This document shows, one piece after another, positions 47,809-51,949 of a DNA stretch of 51,949 nt. The notes under the pieces were generated by a model that saw only the letters and a list, made by a program, of their open reading frames with translations, was not told the origin of the DNA and searched no databases. Source of the DNA: an uncultured Nitrospirota bacterium (lineage in GTDB: Bacteria > Nitrospirota > Thermodesulfovibrionia > Thermodesulfovibrionales > JdFR-85); contig CAZIIE010000002.1 in NCBI GenBank assembly GCA_964539375.1, positions 1-51,949 on the forward strand. Reading direction: 5' to 3'. Each line of letters starts with the position of its first letter. Positions within the stretch are counted from its first letter, which is position 1. The translations under genes were made by a program, and so were the position numbers.

Positions 47809-47948
47809 CAAAGAATATTATCATTTTTTCTGTCCTTTCTACAAGTGGTTGGGTTCTTCCTGATGGGCAATTTTGAAAATTTTCTTCCAATTATAAAATA
47901 ATATCTTCAGGTGGTGAAGGCTCCTTCAGCCACCCAGGAGCTATTCAG

Positions 47949-48698
47949 ATGCATGAGATATACCTTAAATTAAAGAGCAGGGCAGAGGAGTTTGCCCGAA
48001 AGATTGAAACCCCGGAGTTCTACAGGCGATTTCAGAAGGAGATAGCCCTTTCAAGGGAAAGCCTCCAGCGAAATAACCTGCTTCGGCAGTGTATAAACCA
48101 CTTCTGCCTTGAACAGGAGGGGCTCGGCCATGGTTACCAGCACTGCCTGAGCGTGGCAATAGATGCTGGGGCAATAGTGATTATTGAAACCTCCTCCAGG
48201 CCCAAACAGTTTGAGGGCTCTTTAGAGGAAATGGTTACATCAGTGCATATCGCAGGGCTACTTCACGACATCAAAAGAGACGAGGAAAACCATGCAATTG
48301 CTGGCGCCCGTGAGGCAGAAAGGGTGCTTGACTGCTTTGGAATTGAGGAAAGGTTTAAGGAATACATCATCGTTGCTATACGAAACCACGAGGCCTTCAA
48401 GAAGGAAATCCCCGTGCATGACAAGACCGGTCAACTGATAAGTGATGCCCTTTATGATGCTGACAAGTTCCGCTGGGGAATTGACAACTTTACCACCACC
48501 GTATGGGATATGCTTAGTTATTCGGAGGTCTCCCCCGAAGAGTTTTATGAAAACTACAAAAAGGGGATGGATTACATTGAAAGGATTAAAAACACCTTCA
48601 GGACTCCGACAGGGAAACGCTACGGCCCTGAAATAATAGATGCAGGGCTTAAAGTTGGCAGGCTTATTTATGAGGAGCTAAAAAAGGAGCTTTCCTGA
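47949..48698 (+). CDS. HD-domain protein (metal-dependent phosphohydrolase superfamily)
   Basis: GHGYQHCLSV...LLHDIKRD H..HD pattern. AGGAG 8 nt upstream of the ATG. Confidence 0.7.
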   Translation: MHEIYLKLKSRAEEFARKIETPEFYRRFQKEIALSRESLQRNNLLRQCINHFCLEQEGLGHGYQHCLSVAIDAGAIVIIETSSRPKQFEGSLEEMVTSVHIAGLLHDIKRDEENHAIAGAREAERVLDCFGIEERFKEYIIVAIRNHEAFKKEIPVHDKTGQLISDALYDADKFRWGIDNFTTTVWDMLSYSEVSPEEFYENYKKGMDYIERIKNTFRTPTGKRYGPEIIDAGLKVGRLIYEELKKELS

Positions 48699-48760
48699 TT
48701 ATTTCATTCACCCTTTAGAGGGTTGATGCTTCCCTTGCTCTAATGAAACCCTTTTGTCTT

Positions 48761-49564
48761 CTATTTTTCCTTTTTTGAGTTCTTTAACCCATAGGTGGGA
48801 TTTCCGAAGAGCACGCCCCTCAACCACTCGTGGGCAAACTTCATTAGCTCCACCTCGTCTTCTTTAATCAGCTCCAGGGTGTCCTCATCAACATCATAGG
48901 TATCAAGAAATCTGCTTTCAAAAACAAACTTGCGAAAGCTGTCAATGTCATAACTTGCCATCAGATAAAGCTGAAGGCTCTTCTCATCAGGCTCAAGCTC
49001 AGAGGCATAGAGCTTCTTGTTAAGAACGATATCCCACCAGTGCTTGTTATAAAAATCAATCTTATTTATCTCCTGAGCCTCCCTCCACTGTCTGACGGTC
49101 CACTCCTTGTCCTCCTCATAGCCCTTACAGAAATGTTCCTTTATCGGGAAGAAGAAGTCACCGCCACCGACCTCTTTGCTTTTGAGCAGACCGAATCCAA
49201 TTGGGTAGTATCGGCAAACAACAGGTCTGTCTGAATAGATGATACAGCCCTCCTTTGTTACAAAGGGGCACCTGCCTTCCTCGGTCATCCTTAACATCAA
49301 AAAGGGCAGTTTTGTCTTTTTAAGCTTCATAAGCTGGGTATAGCTGGCTATAAACTCACCTGAGGTAATGCCAAGACGGTTTTTTGCCCTCAGGATATCG
49401 TAGGGTGTAAGAAAGATATCTATCTTTCCACAGCACTGGGTAAAACATTCAAGCCCTTTATGACACCTGAACCTAAACTTGCTGTCCAGGTCCATCTGTA
49501 CAGGCTGAACCGGGTTTCCAGAAAGCTTTTGAATGGTATCCTTCATCAGCAAAGCTCCTTTCAA
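48761..49564 (-). CDS. YkgJ-like cysteine-cluster protein (zinc/iron-chelating domain), extended form
   Basis: CHKGLECFTQCC cluster and a second CPFVTKEGCIIYSDRPVVCRYYP segment. 267 aa. Confidence 0.5.
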   Translation of the reverse strand: MKGALLMKDTIQKLSGNPVQPVQMDLDSKFRFRCHKGLECFTQCCGKIDIFLTPYDILRAKNRLGITSGEFIASYTQLMKLKKTKLPFLMLRMTEEGRCPFVTKEGCIIYSDRPVVCRYYPIGFGLLKSKEVGGGDFFFPIKEHFCKGYEEDKEWTVRQWREAQEINKIDFYNKHWWDIVLNKKLYASELEPDEKSLQLYLMASYDIDSFRKFVFESRFLDTYDVDEDTLELIKEDEVELMKFAHEWLRGVLFGNPTYGLKNSKKEK

Positions 49565-49617
49565 TGATAGTTTTTTACTATAACCTATTTATCATGGTAT
49601 TTACCAATAAAAGATTG

Positions 49618-51018
49618 TTATTGGTCTATTGGTCTTGTCCCCAACTCCTCCATTATCCCTCTGGCTGCCACCACACCAGAGACTGAGGCCTGGATAAGCC
49701 CCCTTGTTATACCTGCCCCATCACCTACTGCATAAAGCCCATCAATCTCTGTTTCAAAGCGTGAACTCAGCTTAATCCTCATTGAGTAAAACTTGACTTC
49801 AACTCCGTAAATCAATGTGTGTCTTGAGTTTATTCCTGGCATTACTCTGTCCATAGCCTCCAGCATCTCAAGAATGTCTGTGAGATAACGGTAGGGCAGA
49901 ACAAAGCTTAGGTCCCCTGGCATGGCATCCTTCAGGGTGGGTTTTATTATTGACCTGGCAATCCTTTCAGGTGTGGACCTTCTTCCTTCCCGAAGGTCAC
50001 CAAGCCGTTGAATTATAACCCCCCTGCCAAGAAAGTTAGCCAGTCTCGCAATGTAACGGCCATAGGAGATGGGCTCTTTAAAGGGTTCTGTAAAAAAGGT
50101 GCTGACAAGAAGGGCAAAATTGGTGTTATCCGTTTTGTGCTCAGCATAGCTGTGTCCGTTAACTGTCCATAATCCCTTGAGATACTCCTTTACAACCTCA
50201 CCATGGGGGTTCACACAAAAGGTTCTAACCCTGTCATCAAAGGTCTTTGAATAGTAAACCAGCTTTGGTTCATACATCACCGATGTGAGAGGTTCCATAA
50301 CAGAGGCAGGCACCTCAACCCTTACACCGATGTCAACAGGATTGTTGAGCAGACTTAGCCCCAATCTCTTTGCCTCCCTTTCAAGCCACTGAGCACCAAC
50401 CCTTCCAGGGGCAAGTATTACATGGTCAGAAAAGAACTGTTCACCATCGGAGAGTCTGACCCCCTTGACCCTACCATCCTCAACTATAACCCTTGTTACC
50501 CTCCTTTCAAAAAGGATATCTATCCTCTCATTGACAAACTCCCTGATATTGGTAAGCACCTTTCTGCACCGTTCGGTCCCTATATGCCTTACCCTTGAGG
50601 GTATCAGTATCAGGTCTTTTTTTGATATCTCCGCTCTCAGAGCTTCAATCTCCCTTGTTCCATCACCATAGACCCTGTCAGGCGCTCCGTATTCCCTGTA
50701 AATTCCATCCACATAATCAATCAGAGCTGAAAGCCTTTCCTCTTCTAAATACTCTCCCAGAAAACCACCTATTTCCTTTGTTAGGGAGAGCTTACCATCA
50801 CTGAAGGCACCAGCACCTCCCCAACCACTCAGGATGGCGCAGACAGGACAGGCAGCACAGGAAACCTCCCTTATCATCATTGGACAATTCCTTTCCCTGA
50901 TATCCTTACCCTTTTCAACAACCAGCACCTTCATGGAAGGGGCATGCCTTATGAACTCAAGGGCAGAAAATATACCTGCAGGACCTGCCCCCACTATTAT
51001 CACATCGTAACTCTTCAT
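49618..51018 (-). CDS. FAD-dependent oxidoreductase (COG2509-like)
   Basis: YDVIIVGAGPAG fold and Cys-rich insert CPMMIREVSCAACPVC. The ATG at 51018 forms an ATGA overlap with the surE stop. The ORF also opens at ATG 51033. Confidence 0.7.
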   Translation of the reverse strand: MKSYDVIIVGAGPAGIFSALEFIRHAPSMKVLVVEKGKDIRERNCPMMIREVSCAACPVCAILSGWGGAGAFSDGKLSLTKEIGGFLGEYLEEERLSALIDYVDGIYREYGAPDRVYGDGTREIEALRAEISKKDLILIPSRVRHIGTERCRKVLTNIREFVNERIDILFERRVTRVIVEDGRVKGVRLSDGEQFFSDHVILAPGRVGAQWLEREAKRLGLSLLNNPVDIGVRVEVPASVMEPLTSVMYEPKLVYYSKTFDDRVRTFCVNPHGEVVKEYLKGLWTVNGHSYAEHKTDNTNFALLVSTFFTEPFKEPISYGRYIARLANFLGRGVIIQRLGDLREGRRSTPERIARSIIKPTLKDAMPGDLSFVLPYRYLTDILEMLEAMDRVMPGINSRHTLIYGVEVKFYSMRIKLSSRFETEIDGLYAVGDGAGITRGLIQASVSGVVAARGIMEELGTRPIDQ

Positions 51019-51773
51019 CGCAGTTCCTGCCATCTTGTTTTTATATATCCCAGAGCATCATAGTTGGTCAGGTCAAGATGCAGGGGTGTAATGGAGATAT
51101 ATTTTTCTGTAACAGCCCTTATGTCAGTGTCATCCTCGCTGTCCCAGGAGGGGGTGCCACCACCAATCCAGTAGTGTTTTCTTCCCCAGGGGTCAAGGGT
51201 CTCGTGAATGGCGTTGTCGTAAACCCTCTTGCCCTGCCTTGTGAACTTAACACCCCTTATCGCCTCCTCCTTCAGATTTGGCACATTTACATTTAACAGT
51301 GTATCCGGGGGCATGGGATGTTTAAGAAGAAAGGTGACAAGCCTCTTTGCAAACTCTGCTGCGGTGGGAAACTCTATCGCCCTTCCTTCCTCGTAGACCA
51401 TGGAGATGGCAACGGAGGGAATCCCGAACATGGTTCCCTCAATTGCCGCTGAAACAGTGCCCGAGTAGGTGATGTCATCTCCAAGATTTGCCCCCCTGTT
51501 TATGCCAGAGATGAGTATATCAGGTCTTCTTTTAAGGAGTTTTTCCACTGCCACCACCACACAGTCAGTGGGAGTCCCATTTACAGTGTAGATGTTATCG
51601 TTAAGCTGTTCAACCTTGAGGGGCCGATGCATGGTCAGGGCATGGCCAACTGCTGATTTCTCTCTGTCAGGTGCCACTACAAAGGTATCACCAACCTCTC
51701 TCATAGCCATATAGAGGGCAACAATACCATCGGAGTTGATACCATCATCGTTTGTTACCAGTATTGTGGGCAT
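51015..51773 (-). CDS. surE: 5'/3'-nucleotidase SurE
   Basis: MPTILVTNDDGINSDGI N-terminus and GINRGANLG motif. The ATG at 51773 is preferred over the TTG at 51818. Confidence 0.9.
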   Translation of the reverse strand: MPTILVTNDDGINSDGIVALYMAMREVGDTFVVAPDREKSAVGHALTMHRPLKVEQLNDNIYTVNGTPTDCVVVAVEKLLKRRPDILISGINRGANLGDDITYSGTVSAAIEGTMFGIPSVAISMVYEEGRAIEFPTAAEFAKRLVTFLLKHPMPPDTLLNVNVPNLKEEAIRGVKFTRQGKRVYDNAIHETLDPWGRKHYWIGGGTPSWDSEDDTDIRAVTEKYISITPLHLDLTNYDALGYIKTRWQELR

Positions 51774-51813
51774 AGTATATTTTACCTGAAAAGGCAGGTA
51801 AGGTTGTGAAAAA

Positions 51814-51844
51814 CTCAAAGGGGCTTCGCCCCTTTGGAACCCCA
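51814..51844. repeat. 31-bp hairpin-bearing direct repeat, copy 1
   Basis: CTCAAAGGGGCTTCGCCCCTTTGGAACCCCA. 9-bp stem CAAAGGGGC/GCCCCTTTG with a TTC loop (51816-51836). Confidence 0.9.
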
Positions 51845-51894
51845 GATTTAAGGAAAAGATTTTTTATTTAATGGGAGTTTGAGGGACGGAGTCC

Positions 51895-51925
51895 CTCAAA
51901 GGGGCTTCGCCCCTTTGGAACCCCA
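51895..51925. repeat. 31-bp hairpin-bearing direct repeat, copy 2 (identical)
   Basis: Identical 31-mer 81 nt downstream of copy 1, preceded by a second perfect hairpin GAGGGAC-GGA-GTCCCTC (51881-51897). Confidence 0.9.
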
Positions 51926-51949
51926 TCTTTTTAAGGCTATGGGCTAAAG

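Noticed and set aside
51774-51818. 15-codon extension of surE from TTG 51818
   Set aside because: The canonical SurE N-terminus, MPTILVTNDDG, starts at ATG 51773. The TTG lies inside hairpin repeat copy 1.
51814-51949. Possible CRISPR array start (31-bp repeat, 50-nt spacer)
   Set aside because: Only two copies are visible. The 50-nt spacer is long for CRISPR. The sequences just after each repeat are also related (TTTAAGG in both), so the repeated unit extends into the supposed spacer. No cas genes are in the window. It is reported as a generic repeat instead.

Overview
This 51.9-kb window is a densely coded bacterial chromosomal segment of about 48 protein genes, most of them on the minus strand, and almost all are housekeeping genes. 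I recognise the following groups.

- **Cell envelope:** class A PBP, glmS-glmU, mlaFED, a TonB-like protein, and a PAP2/GT-C fusion.
- **DNA metabolism:** polA, topA, dprA, nth, pcrA/uvrD.
- **Central and biosynthetic enzymes:** argG, apgM, proB, glgC, coaX, birA, bioF-bioD, gatC, surE, obg.
- **Signalling:** one c-di-GMP type module made of a sensor kinase, a receiver and an HD-GYP protein.
- **Anaerobe-type functions:** a tetraheme cytochrome c, a VorB/KorA-like 2-oxoacid:ferredoxin oxidoreductase subunit, and a radical SAM domain.

The gene content is compatible with an anaerobic Nitrospirota- or Desulfobacterota-like organism, but I cannot verify that.

I see no rRNA, tRNA, transposase, integrase, prophage, convincing CRISPR array or recognisable defence system. 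The features that gene annotation does not explain are noncoding:

- **Short tandem repeats:** a family of strand-asymmetric repeats, C-free or G-free on one strand, sits in several intergenic spacers. It includes an exact 20-mer shared by the leaders of unrelated genes on opposite strands.
- **G-run heptads:** TAGGGGG-type heptads lie directly after three minus-strand stop codons. One of these sites is a canonical G-quadruplex motif.
- **Tandem -10-like units:** extended -10-like octamers occur in tandem at two sites.
- **Hairpin repeat:** a hairpin-bearing 31-bp direct repeat lies at the right edge of the window.
- **Leaderless-type starts:** several genes have a -10 hexamer 6-8 nt upstream of the ATG and no Shine-Dalgarno sequence.

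Among the proteins, the most interesting are a TatD hydrolase fused to a radical SAM domain and a PAP2 phosphatase fused to an ArnT-like glycosyltransferase.

All functional calls come from motif recognition by eye. No database search was run.
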